Shown here one piece after another: positions 14,901-28,497 of a stretch of 64,000 nt of DNA; the stretch's first letter is position 1; each line of letters starts with the position of its first letter. This DNA is from Blasia pusilla. Its lineage: Eukaryota. The notes under the pieces were generated by a model that saw only the letters and a list, made by a program, of their open reading frames with translations, was not told the origin of the DNA and did no database searches. The position numbers and the translations under genes were made by a program. Location: the NCBI GenBank assembly GCA_050084515.1, contig CM114271.1:24304001-24368000 (forward strand). Direction: 5' to 3'.

Positions 14901-15232
14901 ATGACTTTGATTCTAGCAGAATCCATTGGTATCATGGACGCCACAATCCGAACACCTCTTACTTTCCTACTCCCGTCCTTCACCCATTCTCGCCGCAACT
15001 CCGCCTGCCTACATTCATGCGGACGGTTGGCCCCACTCCTCCCGAAAAATGGCGACGCCAATATTCCTACACTAGCGTAGCATTTCTGAGCGGGCGACCA
15101 TCTTGCCGAAGGTCCCAAGGAGCTGAGAATCGTCACTGACGAAGCTGACGCAGAGGACGTCGTAGCTCCACAACCATTCCCCAAACCAGTGCAAGAAACA
15201 CCGGTCAAGCTCGGCCTCACCCGGACATACAT
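8938..15232 (-). CDS. FtsZ1: Plastid division protein FtsZ1, about 457 aa with N-terminal transit peptide, 6 exons
   Basis: Exons 15232-14843 (Ser/Ala-rich transit peptide, then [19 protein letters not shown]), 13017-12918 ([14 protein letters not shown]), 12566-12337 ([12 protein letters not shown] tubulin signature), 9991-9824, 9621-9388 (LVNVDFADV), 9189-8938. All introns are GT-AG and the 1374 nt are in frame. It lacks the FtsZ2 C-terminal IPxFL core, consistent with FtsZ1. The start codon is inferred. Confidence 0.95.
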
Positions 15233-15648
15233 TCTGATGTGCAGAATGTATGTCGAGGCACACCTCACACGAAAAACCTCACCGCCGAGCTCGTGAGCAA
15301 GCTCTCTTCTCCGAAACACAATCCACTACCTAATTGCTCTCCTGACCACAGACCGAAAAAAATGCAACCAACAAAAAAGCGTTTCCAACACCGCCAAAAT
15401 CTAGGCTAGGATGTGCTCGACCTTCCTCCCGCGGTCACGAAACGAGAAGAGCCAGTTCCGCTCCTCGCACTGTTGTAGCTCCCGTGACAAGACGAAGCGA
15501 CGGATGGTACCCTGTTTGCACGGGACGGTGACGCTGTGCCCGCAACCACATACGCAGATTTGCCACGCATTAATAGAGAAAAGGAAAAGAAAGCGACCAC
15601 ATACGTACACTAAGGAAAAATAGGCAAAATTGAACGGGTTAGATGGGT

Positions 15649-16246
15649 TTAGTCACTACTCCATGCGGGAGCTGATTTTCACATGGCAGGAGAGGTGGAG
15701 GTGGCGGACGTGATAATTACAGATTCTACGTGGGAGGCAGTGCGAGCCCAAGTGGTGGTCCAAGGGCGAAGGAGCGGCGGCGGTGAAGAAGACACATATC
15801 TACAGTCAACTTCACGAGGGACACATCTTCATCCCCCTGGCCATAGAGATGTACGGGGCTATGGGGGAGAGGTTTGACTCATTCTTTACGGACTGCGCCC
15901 ATCATCTCCAATCGAGAAATGGGTTGTCCTTAGCTACTGCGATTCTCTATTGTAGGCAGCGGGTCTCCATAGCGTTGCAGCGCGCCCAGGCTAATGGGCT
16001 TTTGCGGCTGGCTCAGGCTATGGGAGACGCCGGAGCTAGAGGCCCACTTAGTAGTAGTCATAACTCTCTTGTTGTTGCTGATATTGTCTCTGCTGTTGGT
16101 GAGTTTCGTCGTTAGGGGGGGAATGCCCCCTTCTTCCTTTTCTGGTCTTGTTGTAGCCTTCAGCTTTTGACTCTTTGAGTCCCCCTCTTTTGTACTTCCG
16201 ATGGGTTTTCCATCACACGTTTTTATCGAAGTGCATCATTCTTCTC
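15649..16246 (+). mobile_element. 5'-truncated RLE-type (CRE-like) non-LTR retrotransposon, copy 1
   Basis: Frameshifted ORF end: ADF...EVADVIITDST...KKTHIYSQLHEGHIFIPLAIEMYGAMG...QRVSIALQRAQA (restriction-like endonuclease C-terminus). 11-bp TSD gttagatgggt at 15638-15648 and 16247-16257. Confidence 0.75.
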
Positions 16247-16344
16247 GTTAGATGGGTAGAAAGAGAACGAAGGAAATGAATAAGGATTTCAGTGAAATAT
16301 ATATTAATTACTTAATTTAATCTTATAATGGGTGATTATAAATA

Positions 16345-17278
16345 CTAGTAAGGTACCCAAGGAAAAAAAAATTAGTGAAGGAATTAATAATGTTGCATAC
16401 AAATATTTTTTAAATTTCTTCTAGTGGCATGTGAAATCTTTTTTTCTTGTCCAATTAAGACGTGTCAATAGGACCTTAAAAAACATCTTTCAATAATAAT
16501 TCTTTCAACTATGTTAAAATTTTCAATTTTAATTTTAAATTTGAAGTATAATTTCCATTTTTTTTACATCTTAAAAAAGTAAAATATTTTCACTTTTAAA
16601 TAACATCCATCTCCCCTAAATAATTTCATTCCTCTGTAAAAGTTCAAACAATAACTATTCTTCTCCTTCCATTTTTCCCACCAAAATAACTTTCACCAAC
16701 CAAAATCTTAGCCAATTTTAATTAACGAAATCATTTTCTTTTCCATTCAAATTCATTTTCCTTTCCCAAAATATCTTATGTGAATTAATTCCATTATTCC
16801 AAAAAATTATCAGGCTATTTATTTCAAATCTTAAATATGATTTCTATTTTCTAAAATCTTAAAAGAATAATAACATTTCACTCTTCTTAGTAATTACAAT
16901 CCTCCATTCAAATTTAAATGGTACCCCAATACACTAAGTAATTTTACCTTTCCATATAATTTAAACAAAATCTACTCCTCCATTAATTTTTATTTCCTTT
17001 TTCCATTAGATATGAATTGAAGTAAAAATTCTAAAATTTTGGTTTTTTATCATATTAATTATGTTTTATTAATTTTTAAAATCACCCATTATAATATTAG
17101 ATTAATTATTAATCGATTAATATATATATTCCACTCAAATCCCTATTGGTTTCCTTTGTTCTATCTCTACCCATCTAACTGGATTCAAACATCAAAATTC
17201 AAGGATGTTGCCTATTTTGTCTTATTGCTCCTCTATCTTGTTGTATTATGCATATGTGGTCGCTAATTATTATATAAA
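16345..17278 (-). mobile_element. Helitron family A copy nested in the opposite orientation
   Basis: A|CTAG at 16344-16348; similar to 1820-2664 along its length; host sequence rejoins at an AT dinucleotide with no TSD. Confidence 0.75.
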
Positions 17279-18549
17279 TTAATAAAATATAAGAAATTTG
17301 AGAAATAACCAAAACTTTGGAATTTTTTACTTCAATTCATATTTTATGAAATAATTTATTTATTTATTTATGTAGGAATAAATTATATTTAAATTTTATG
17401 GAAAAATAAAATTATTTAGTGTATTAAGATATCATTTAAATTTGAATGGAGGATTGTAATTACTAAGAACAGTGAAATATTATTACTCTTTTAAGATTTT
17501 AGAATTATATTTAAATTTTGAAGTAAATAAGATGGTCATTTTTTTAATAATTTTATTAATTCACATATGATATTTTGGGAAAGAAAAATAAATTTGAAGG
17601 GAAAAGAAATTTTATTTCATTAATTAAAATTAGCTAAGATTTTGGTTAGTGAATGTTATTTTGGTGGGAAGAATGGAAGGGTAAGAATAGTTATTGTTTG
17701 ATCTTTTACGGAGGAGTGAAATTATTTAGGGGAGATGAATGTTATTTAAAGGTGAAATTTTCTTACTCGTTTAAGATTTTTAAAAGTGGAAATTATACTT
17801 AAATTTAAAATTTAAATAACTTTAAAATTTTAAAAATATTATTCCCACATGTTTTTCCTACTGACATGTGGTAATTGGACAAGAAAAAAAAATTCACATG
17901 TTATGGGCAGGAAGAAAAAAAGTTTGAATATGTGTGCAGCATCATTAATCCCTTCACTATCAAAAGCTCTTCTAACACTTTTTTATTTTCCGTGCATCAC
18001 ACGGGTAGCTTACTAGTGATAGTAATCTCGTTCACACCACCAAAAGCTTGAAGAAAATAAAAGGGAAGAAGCCTCCAAAGCATCTAAACACCCCCTCGCC
18101 TAAGACTGGTATCATGTAGTGACCATTGGTATTGTAGACCGAATCTAGGACGGACCAGAGCTGAAATTCTCCCTTCAGGTTTGGTGGTTAAGAAGAACCA
18201 TCGGTAAATTCACTGTGTTACCACTCCTTACCGCAAAAGAGACCAAAGTGAAGAGGCAAAAAAATGGTCTAATGGTCCGCATCATGAAGGAAGGAAAAAT
18301 CATAATTAGTTTTTTCCCAACTTTAATGGTGTTTAAAATATTTCTTAAGGACATTTTTTTGAATAAATTGACACGAGTTATCTTGAAATTTGAAAGAGGA
18401 AAAATTGACTTCTTTTAAAATGATTTAAACATCCCTCAAACTCTAGTGTTGGTAATCTGCTACTAATATTAGTTAGAGAAGAGAACTATAACTATATGAT
18501 ATACCCCAATTTTTTTCATAGTATGGGGGAGAGAACTTTTTTGCTCGCA

Positions 18550-19091
18550 CTACGCGGGAGGCAGTGCGAGCCCAAGTGGTGGCCCAAGGGCGAATGCTAC
18601 AAGGAGCGGCGGCGGCAGCGGTGAAGAAGACACATATCTAGAGTCGACTTCACGAGGGACACATCTTCATCCCTCTGGCCATAGAGATGTATGGGGCTAT
18701 GGGGGAGAGGTTCGACTCGTTCCTTACGGACTGCGCCCATCATCTCCACTCGAGAAATGGGTTGTCCTTAGCTACTGCGATTCTCTATTGTAGGCGCTGG
18801 TCTCCATAGCGTTGTAGCGTGCGTGCGAGGCTAATGGGCTTTTGCGGCGGGCTCAGGCTGTGGGTGACGCCGGCGCTAGAGGCCCACTTAGTAGTAGTCA
18901 TAGCTCTCTTGTTGTTGCTGATATTGTCTCTGCTGTTGGTGAGTTTCGTCGTTAGGGGGGGAATGCCCCCTTCTTCCTTTTATGGTCTTGTTGTGGCCTT
19001 CAAGTTTTGACTCTTTGAGTCCCCCTCTTTTGTACTTCCGATGGGTTTTCCATCACTCGTTTTTATCGAAGTGCATCTTTTTTTTTTTTTT
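18550..19091 (+). mobile_element. 5'-truncated RLE-type (CRE-like) non-LTR retrotransposon, copy 2
   Basis: Highly similar to 15726-16237, with in-frame stops; ends gaagtgcatc plus a T14 run. Confidence 0.75.
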
Positions 19092-20020
19092 ACTATAGTA
19101 TGATGACTACACTAGTACTATAAATTGTCATGAGTCCTTAGATATGTTACAACAACATACTAGGACATGTTGTAATTGCAACATGCCAAACATGCCCATA
19201 TTTGAATATTTCTATAAGGGAAATTTCCTGGATAAGTATTTGTTTCCTATCCAAACATTATAAATTTTCTTCAAATATAATTTAAAGATGAGATTTCAAA
19301 ACTATGTGTTTTTCAAGAAAATGCAAAATATGGCTTTTGAGTTTTCTGTTATTAAAATTCACACAAGTGGCATACTTGGATCTCCAACTTCTACCGAGAT
19401 GGTCAAATAATGATAACCCCAAATGTTTGCATCACAACATGGCATTATAAAATGGACAAAAGATTGAAAAACAAGAAAGACGGTTTATTTTTCATCCTTC
19501 AAAAAATAGTATGACACGTGTCTCTAAAAAAATGTATTTAACATGTGCTACTCATAAATATATTATGACAAATATCTCTCAATTATTGTTCTACACCTCG
19601 CAGAGGTAACTTTCTTAAAGTGCAGATTAGCTAAGGTAGTGTTGTAATAAGGAAAGCTTTGTAAGAAAAAACACATATCAGAAGTGAGAGAAGAATTATT
19701 ACATTGTCTAAGGCATATTGCAATGCAATGGAGACCCAATATCAAAAAACCAATAATCGAAAGATAATATTCATGAACAGAGTAGTAGAGCATGTTCAAA
19801 GAGAAGAAATGTCAAATATCTCCCGCATCCTCTTAAAGATGTCATTTTTTCCTCCCAAAAGATGGTGTCCTTAAAAAACACTACAAACTTGAATCTTTTC
19901 CCCAATTTCCGTTGATTGTGTTGCTCCTTGCAAAAATATTTCTTGTGATACCATGCCAAACAAATCAGCCCTATGAGTGAAACATTAATCTCCTCAAATA
20001 AATGAACCCGCATGAATTAG

Positions 20021-20024
<4 letters not shown>

Positions 20025-20104
<80 letters not shown>
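20025..20104. repeat. (CT)n microsatellite
   Basis: About 40 CT units, directly visible. Confidence 0.97.
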
Positions 20105-20109
<5 letters not shown>

Positions 20110-21779
20110 CAACATGTTATATGCATCCTAAGCAAATCAAAGCTCCAACGACACTAACAAATTATTAAAATAATTGTAGTCTATTGGGAAATGCCCATTC
20201 AAAACCACATTGCTATAGTAATGGGAACTAATGAGAAATGGAATATTAAAAGCACTCCTCCTTGTTGGGGTTAAAACTAGATACAAACAAGTTAATGTCC
20301 CCATCAAACACAATAGGGTTAAATGCTTCATAAAATACCCAAAAATGGGCATCCATAAAAAAATGGAATCCCAACTAACACAAGATATGTGAAAGATTGA
20401 AAACTAAGAAATGCTCTAGCCTCTATTACAACAAATATTCTATGATCTTAAATAGAATATAGATGGAAAGGAGAAAAAAAATCCTTGATCTATTTGAGAA
20501 GCATACCCTACTAAGAGATTTCTATATCTAATAGACAACTTTGAGTAAAGAAAGCATATTTCCAAATCTCAAGGCTACTAAACCAATCAAAAGATTACCC
20601 ACAATCAACACCATTTTTTGGGGGGCCAAGAGGCATGTTGGCAATACATGTCACACGTACTAAAATCAAAGAAACCTTACCTAAGTTAGTCTCCATGCAC
20701 TTGTAAGAAGCATAGGAGCTTCTTACATGTACACATTTTATTACAAGATGCCGTATCGATTTAGAAAAATATGAAGAGAGTAACTAAAAATGGAGGATCA
20801 AAATTCCTTAATTTCACAAATAAATAAGATGTACCAAGAAATTATGGCCATCAAGAAGCTAAATATAAATTCAGCCGCGCCGACGATATAGAGGTTCAAT
20901 GAGCTATTTAGGTGTAACTTTGTACTAAGGTGTCGGATGAGGTTGACGACAATTTTTTTGTGTTTATGGTGGTTTGATCCACATCCACCTTCCGCTATGA
21001 GAAAATTCGGATGCTATCACCCTAGTTCCTACACACACAAGCAAGAGAGGTGCTCCAAAGGCCCAACATGAGAAAGATAGCTTCAAGAAGCCATCTCTCC
21101 CTCTCTTATAGCCTTGGAAAAAGCCAAAAGGCTCTTCCCCCAAAAATAGCCTTTCCAACGATAACCTATATGCATAGGTTAGCGGAGGACCCTTGACCTG
21201 GTAAAAAATTCATCTTGATGAGAAAGACCAAAATAAGGAAATATTTTGAAATGACGTTCTCAATGCAATAGACTAATCATCGACCTCATTTGACATCTCA
21301 GGAAAAAGTTACACTCAAATAGCCCGTTGGCCCTCTATAGCATCGACGTAATAGAACTCTACTAGTCGGGTAACTAAGATGTGATAGTTGTCGTGGCTCG
21401 ATATGCGGATCTGGATTCAAGAGTGGAGTTGGCCATGTAAGCCATTTTTACTCTGATTTTAAATGATAAAGATGCGAGGGGGCAGTGGGGAATTTGTTGA
21501 ATGCAAGTAGATAAATGAGTAGCCTCGATGGGGAGCCCTTAAGTTACGTGTGGCGTTTATTTTATCATTTTATTGTTTGAAAGGTTTTGTGTGGAAACAC
21601 TACACATTTTTCTCAAATTTTATTGCTGCGTTGAGAGCATGAGTGGAGGCTGGTCCCCTTCTCATAATTGGAGGTCCCCTTCTCAATTGGGATCAGTCTA
21701 GACATGTCTAAACTTTTCCGTCCATGTCCATCCTAGGGACGAACTTGTCCATTTTTTCGCAACCATATCAATTATATAC

Positions 21780-24700
21780 TGTACGTACAAGTAACCATAA
21801 GCGTAATCTAACCATAGTCCGAGTTATACTAACTATGGTTAATTAACTCAAGTTAAGATAGTCGTGCTTAACTAACTAACCAAGATTAAGCTTTCCTACT
21901 GCACGTGAGTACCAAATATAGTAGTTCATGTGTCTAATGACTATAACTTAGTCTTCAAAACTCCCCCTCAAGCTTATATTGATATCTTACACCTAAATCA
22001 TTTTAAAACATCTAAAACTTATCTCTAGACAATGCCTTTGTAAAGATATCAATAACTTCCTAATCTCTACATATATATAGAAGGATCAATTTCTCATGAA
22101 ATCACTTTCTCTTTGATAAAGTGGTAGTGCACCTCAATATGCTTTGTTCAAGCATGAAACACAAGGTTATCATCAAGCTTGATGCTACTGATATTATCTG
22201 CACATACTACACTAGGTCATAAGTTACTGACACCAATCTCAGCAAATAATCAATGAAGTCACACCGCCTCACATGTTGCACTGGTTGCTCATTTGTACTC
22301 AGCCCCTTTTGAAGATAACGCAACTATAGGTTGCTTCTTTGAAGCCTAACTTAAAACTTCGCTTCCCAAGATGAAGGAATAACTAGATGTAGAGTGTTTA
22401 TCATACACGATTCCTGCCCAATGAGCATTTGTGAATTCTTGCAATAGTAAACTCGGAGAAGGGTTAAATTGAAGTCCAAATTGAAGAAAGAATTTCACAT
22501 AATGTATAATCCTTCCCACAACTTCACGGTGAGGTTTCCAAGGTATTTGCATAAACTATCTCACTAGGCCAACTCAGTAACTCAAGTCTAGTCTAGGTAT
22601 AGTTAGATAGATCAAACTTTTAGTTATGTGCTTGTACATATTAGAATTTGCAAGCAACTCTCCTTCATCCACTCTTAGCTCATAATTTGGTCCAACGACG
22701 TAGAGATTGGCTTGCAAGCTGTAATACCATATTTTGAAAGCATGTCAAGAGTATATTCTTGTTGTAATAACCACATGCTCTCTCCAAAACTAATAAACTC
22801 AACATGAAGAAAGTAATTGAGTTCTCTTAAGTCCTTCGTATCAAATTTTTCCTATAACTTTAGTTTGATAACTGTATTTCCTTGTTCTCTGAACACATAT
22901 AGCAAGGAATCATAATCACAAATCATAAAGCTCAACTCTTATATGACATTTGTAATCTTGTCATACCAAGCTCTTGGAGCTTGTTTGAGCCTATATAGAG
23001 ATTTTTTTTACTTGTAGATGTGGAATAAAAACTCTTCATGCTCATATCCATGTGGTTGAGCCATGTATACCTCCTCATATAGATCTTCATTCAAGAAGGC
23101 ATTCTTGACGTCCATGTGATGTAGTCTCCATTTTTTTCTATTAATGCAACCACTGCTCTCGTATTCATCATCTTTGCAATAGGGCTACATGTCTCCTTAT
23201 AATCGATTCCATATTATTCTGCATAGCCCTTGGCTATTAATTTGGTTTTGGATTTTTTCATTATATCATCTTGATTATCCTCGACTTTGTAAACCCATTT
23301 GCACATAAGATCTTCCTTACCATAAGTTATATCAACCAACTCCCAAGTTTGTTGATGTCTTAATGCAACAAGATCTTCCTACATAGCTTCAATCCATTCG
23401 ATATTGCATATAACTTCTTCAAAACAACTTGGTTCCTATTCTCGGAGGGTAGTCACCATATATGCATGATGTGTTGCAAGAAATCCTCTATTTATGAATC
23501 TATAAACAAGATGTGTGACTCTATTTGATCTTTAAAGTTGTTGTTTAGAGATGGATGTCTTTCAAATCTGACTAGAGCTCTAACTAGTGTCAATAGAGTC
23601 TTATCATGAATTCCTTCTATTGAAATTCAGTTGATTAAGAAGAACCTGCACGCTACAACCTCTTCCCAATATATCTAAGGCATGTTCTTCTCATTCAGCA
23701 TAACACGTGCCTACTCAACAATATGTCAATTCTTCCGCTTAACCACTCCATTTTGTTGTGGAGTATAAGGGCAAATCACTTGTCTTGGATGTCATTTTGA
23801 CGTAAGTCGTCGTCACAATGCAATTTGAATGTAATCTCCTCCTCCATTATAACATAATTTGAGAATGTATCGTTCTGGTTGCTTCTCTACCAAAATTCTG
23901 AATGTCTAGAACATTGAGAAAACTTCTCACTTGGCTTTCAAAAAGTATACCCATATATACCTAGAGAAGTCATTAATAAATGAAATAAAGTACTAACAAC
24001 CACTAAGACTATGATGTAATGTTATCCACATATGACTATGCATCAACTCTAATATCTTGAATGCTCTTCTATCTTGATTTGGAAATGGAAGTCTAGCTTG
24101 TTTTCCAAATTGGCAATCAGGGTATATATCTAACATAGTAGGACTTGATAATTTATGAAGTCCTATTACCACACTAGATGATGAAAGATAATATAATCTT
24201 TGAAGATTCATATGCCTAATTCTCCTATGCCACATGTTTATATGTGTGATTTGTTAGCTTGTTTGAACATACATTAGGGTTTGAATCTTTAGTATAGAAA
24301 CATCTGATTTGAACATTCTTCCAAATCTTGTTCCTTTGACTATCATAGTCTAGTCATCCATTTTTTTAATGAAATAACCATACGTGCTAAACTTTACTTC
24401 ATAATCATGTTCTATTGAAATTAAATTTCTTGCAATGGTATAAACATTTCCAAGAGCATAAAGACCACTTGGGTGCTATTGGAATTTTACTGATTTTCGT
24501 GATATGATGATGAGTATCATCTTCTATGAGCACAATTGTAGGATCTTTCACATGCTCCATACTACTGGACCATTTAGCTTGTTAAGTAACATAATTTGAT
24601 GGACCACATTCAATGTCTTAATCTGTTTTCAAGTCTTTCATGACCATTGCTCCCATATGATGAGTTATCATCAAAAGGTGCTCAATTTGTGAATATTTTT

Positions 24701-25630
24701 GTTCTTGATATTGTATTTGGTGTTCTTGCTCCATATAGTTTTGTTGTTGTTAGGCCCTTGTTCTCATAGTTTCCTTCTTCTTGAAGCAAAACTTTACATA
24801 ATGACCTTTTATTCCACAATAATTGCAAGATCCAAGGACTCTCTATTGTTGATCTCGACATCAACGATTTCCACCATCACCACCTTGTGATTGTGTTTGG
24901 TATTGGTTCACACTTGACTAAGTGAAGTTATGTTGAGTGCCTCTTCCTCCATATGCTTGATATCCACCACAATCATGAAAGCTTCTCTATCTTTGTTTAA
25001 TCCATTACTTGCAAATAGCGCACTCTCTTGCATACTAGGCAATCTACCTCTACAGACTAGGCGCATTTTCTCACTAATTAATAATGGGACTAACTCTTGA
25101 AATGCTTAATATTTTTTTCTCACAAAGGTAAACGTCTCAAAATACTTGAAATCTTTTGGAAAGCCTTGAAGAGTGAAACAAATATATCATCATCTTTTAC
25201 AATTACTCCAATGTTATTCAACTAATCAATAATAAGTCAGATACTCAAAACATCATCATTGATGCTTTGTAATCTTTTCCTTTCTTCATTCAATTGTTGC
25301 TTTGAATGAATTTTTTGGGACTTTGTAGATATCTAGAACAACTTTTCCAATGCATCCCATACCTCCTTCACAATATCAACATCTTGAATGTGATCAATCA
25401 TTGGCGAAGTGATCGTTATTGAAATGAAATGGATTACTTACCTAGTGCGTATGTTCCCAACGCAAATATTCAAGTTTTTTTAGTTATCTTTTGGTTTGGC
25501 TTCATCATCTATAACAAGCTCCCATAGTTCTTGACCCATGAGAAATTGCTTCATCCGAAACCAAAACATTGTAATTATTCTTATCTCATTTCTCGCCTAT
25601 GATTACTACTGAGGAATACTCATGAAGAAT
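21780..25630 (-). mobile_element. Degenerate Ty1/Copia LTR retrotransposon
   Basis: Minus-strand remnants in the order gag (~25620-25000), GAG-pre-integrase WHRRIRH (24235), integrase, RT (HMDVKNAFLN ~23100), RNase H KHIEVHYHFIKEKV (~22140), then PPT gagggggag (21961-21969) and a probable 3' LTR to ~21780. Many stops; 5' LTR not found. Confidence 0.9.
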
Positions 25631-25869
25631 GATTTAACTCACCAGACGTAATTTTAGGCTTTCCACTAATCCAATTGAATTATAGACCACTCTTTCATAG
25701 AAATTGATATGAAAATTTCCAAAACTGACCAAGTATATGGAAAAACTATTCAAATTGACTTGTAGATAGCAAATTGCACAACTTTCCTTTACTATTTTCA
25801 CTTTCCTACACTAAAATTGCTCTTGCACAAGCTCAAAATTTCATAATCAAATAATTTTGGATACATTGG

Positions 25870-27200
25870 AAAGGTCTCCTCACATCTTTTGAGAATTTCT
25901 CACATTCTCGACGTTGATGCTCAACACTATCACACCATATACATTTTCTCACAAAGTTCCTACTGTCGAAGGAGCACAACACTAGGATTCCTATTAAGTT
26001 TAAGCTCACCCATTTCTACTCTCAACTCTCTCAAACCTTTCACCAACTTATCAATGGCAGAATCCTTGAGTTTTTTCAACATCAGCATAGGCAAGGGAGT
26101 TGGAACTCATAATTTTGACTTGAATAGTGCGGTTCTACCTCTACTTCGACTTTTCTTTGTGAAGATAGCAACAACTTCTTCCTCTTTCTTCCAATTAGTG
26201 ATTACACTTCCTTTTCGGTCTTGTCCGCCAACATTATGAAAAGCTTGTTGTAACCATCTTTTGTTAGTCATAGTTCTGTTAGAATCTATGACATGAAGCG
26301 CATAAGTGAGAAAGAATCAACCAAAAATAGAAAAAATAAGATACATGAGATAAAGATCAGAGTGGGGCCATAGGTTGGTGAAAAGTAAAATAAGGATGAG
26401 GTTGGGGAAGATGAGATTGGGACATTAGAGTCCAAAGAAAATCTTCTCAAGCTATGAGAGTAGGACACGTGACATAAGGATAGATAGAGGTAATTTGTCT
26501 TCATTGTACCTATCTCTAAGTATATAAAGGAAGAGGAGAGGCCTCGAAGGGCATTCTATCTTTGAGCAACTCTAAAGTGGTTCCGTGAGTTGGAGGGTTA
26601 TAATTTTCCTCCAAATTCTCATCAACCGCTTCAAGAAATAGCTCGGTTTTCCTCAAGTCTAGAGTTGCCCTTTCTGAAGAAGATAGTTGAAAAACCGCTT
26701 CTCAAACTCACGCAACAATTCATTTGGAGTCATTCCCTTCCCTGGATATTGCTCTATCCATTCTATAAAACTCCTCTTAGTCACCCGATCCACATCATCA
26801 TTGAAGAATTATCCTTTCAGCAACTGCTCATACTCCTTCCACGAGGTTGGATTTTTTGCTCTTAACTTTTTTACTTGACTACGAATCTCTGGTATTACAA
26901 CTAACTCAAAAATTGACACCATATCACCTTCGGGTACACGGTTTACCTCCATCTCACAGACATACTCTCGAACATACTTGGTGATGTTACTCCCATTTAA
27001 CCTCCCCAACTTCTTTACAATTGCTTGGAGAGCCTTTTTTGATCTTTGCTCTCCTATGTGAACTCGCCTTGTTGTCAAAGTTCGTAGAAGATCCTCAACT
27101 CCTCTATTCCCATTGATGAAGCACCACCCAAAGAAGTCATCTTGATGAAACCTGAACTTGAAAAACATAATCTACCGCCTCAAAGAGCTCTTAGTGGAAG
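25870..27200 (-). mobile_element. Degenerate LTR-retrotransposon gag-like remnant (probably Gypsy)
   Basis: ORF 26809-27168 (GRLNGSNITKYVREYVCEME...SWKEYEQLLK) resembles a retrotransposon gag capsid region; the reading frame decays toward 25870. Confidence 0.55.
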
Positions 27201-28497
27201 TACCATTTATCGTGTTGAGAGCTTTTCTTCGAGTAAGGGCGGACCTTCTAGGTGTAGCACACGTGGTTGATGCAAGGTGAACTCTATAGGAAGTTCTCCT
27301 TTCTCGATACAGAATTATTATATTAACCCTCTATTCTCTCACAATTGGTATCACGAATGGTATTATCGAGGCGATCACTTCTTCATAACATCGGCTAGGT
27401 CATGGAGTTGCTTTAGGTTGTTATGCAAATATTAGGTCAAGGTCGTAGATGGATACACACATTCAAACCACCCAGTAGCGGGGGGCCGCGCAAGGGAGGG
27501 GGGATATGTGGAGATCTATCCATGTTTTGGGAAGATCAATGTTGTTTGTTGTGTAATGTGGATTGTGGAGCAATGTGTATGTGCAAAAAAACAGTTTGTT
27601 TGTATTATAGAATACCTAACTCACTATGTAGATTTCTTGTGAAATTTATGAGGTATGGGGAGTTTTCAACTCCTCAAGTTGGATGGTCCGTGGTGGGGAA
27701 GAGAGACTAGAGATAAGGTCTTTAATGACCAAGATTTCATAGCATCCATGGAAAATTCCTAAAACTTTGATATTCATATAGTGTCTTACAACTGATTATT
27801 GTTTCCAACAAAGTTACTAACTCCAGATTATTTTTATGGTGCAACATAAGATGCCATATTTTGTTGATGTCGAGGTGAAGGAGGAGTGGCAACAAGTAAA
27901 TGTATCAAGGTCAATCGGCTTGGATATGTATATTTTATAGGATCGCCTTGTTGGAGGAGAGGACCATTTGGATGATGGCTCCTAAAGCGAAGGGAAGCCA
28001 AGGATGGGAAGACCCGCCTTTTGCCTCTCCAAGGAAAACTAGGGGGTCCTCATTGCATATACTCCCACTATCATGTGCCTCCACAATATAAGCAAAACCT
28101 CAAGGATGTCCCAAGCTTGCAATATTAGAAATAGTTGGAAGGATATGCATGTATGATCTTGGAGTGGAGTCCCATATGATTGAATAGTTGTAGAGGGTTT
28201 GATCTCGAGTTGGGGTAAGTGTTTCCCTATGGGTAGAAATCTATCATGCAATGGGAAGAACAATGAGTCCATGAACACGTTGGAAACATAAAATCACTCT
28301 TGTAACTTTAGAAGAAGCAAGATTTTTTCCACCTTAGATATCCAAGTGTTCTCATATAATGGAACTCGCGTTGTTCTATGCCAATCCAAGCCCTCACTTC
28401 ATGTCATGTCATGTCATCTTCGATTTAATAGCACTAACGTTTGACCTTCCCAAATACGTCAGACGGAAACTATATGCTCTATTAGAAAAGACAAGAT

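Larger units (their letters stand above)
15590..18016 (+). mobile_element. Helitron family A (+ copy), split by a CRE-like insertion and by an inverted family A copy
   Basis: Pieces 15590-15648, 16258-16344 and 17279-18016 join into the reverse complement of the family A copies; 3' end is ccgtg-catca-cacgg...CTAG|T at 18013-18017. Confidence 0.75.

Noticed and set aside
18112-18287. Possible MITE with weak terminal inverted similarity
   Set aside because: Poor TIR match and no TSD.
27420-28330. Possible L1 LINE remnant (FWEDQ motif)
   Set aside because: A single weak motif is insufficient support.
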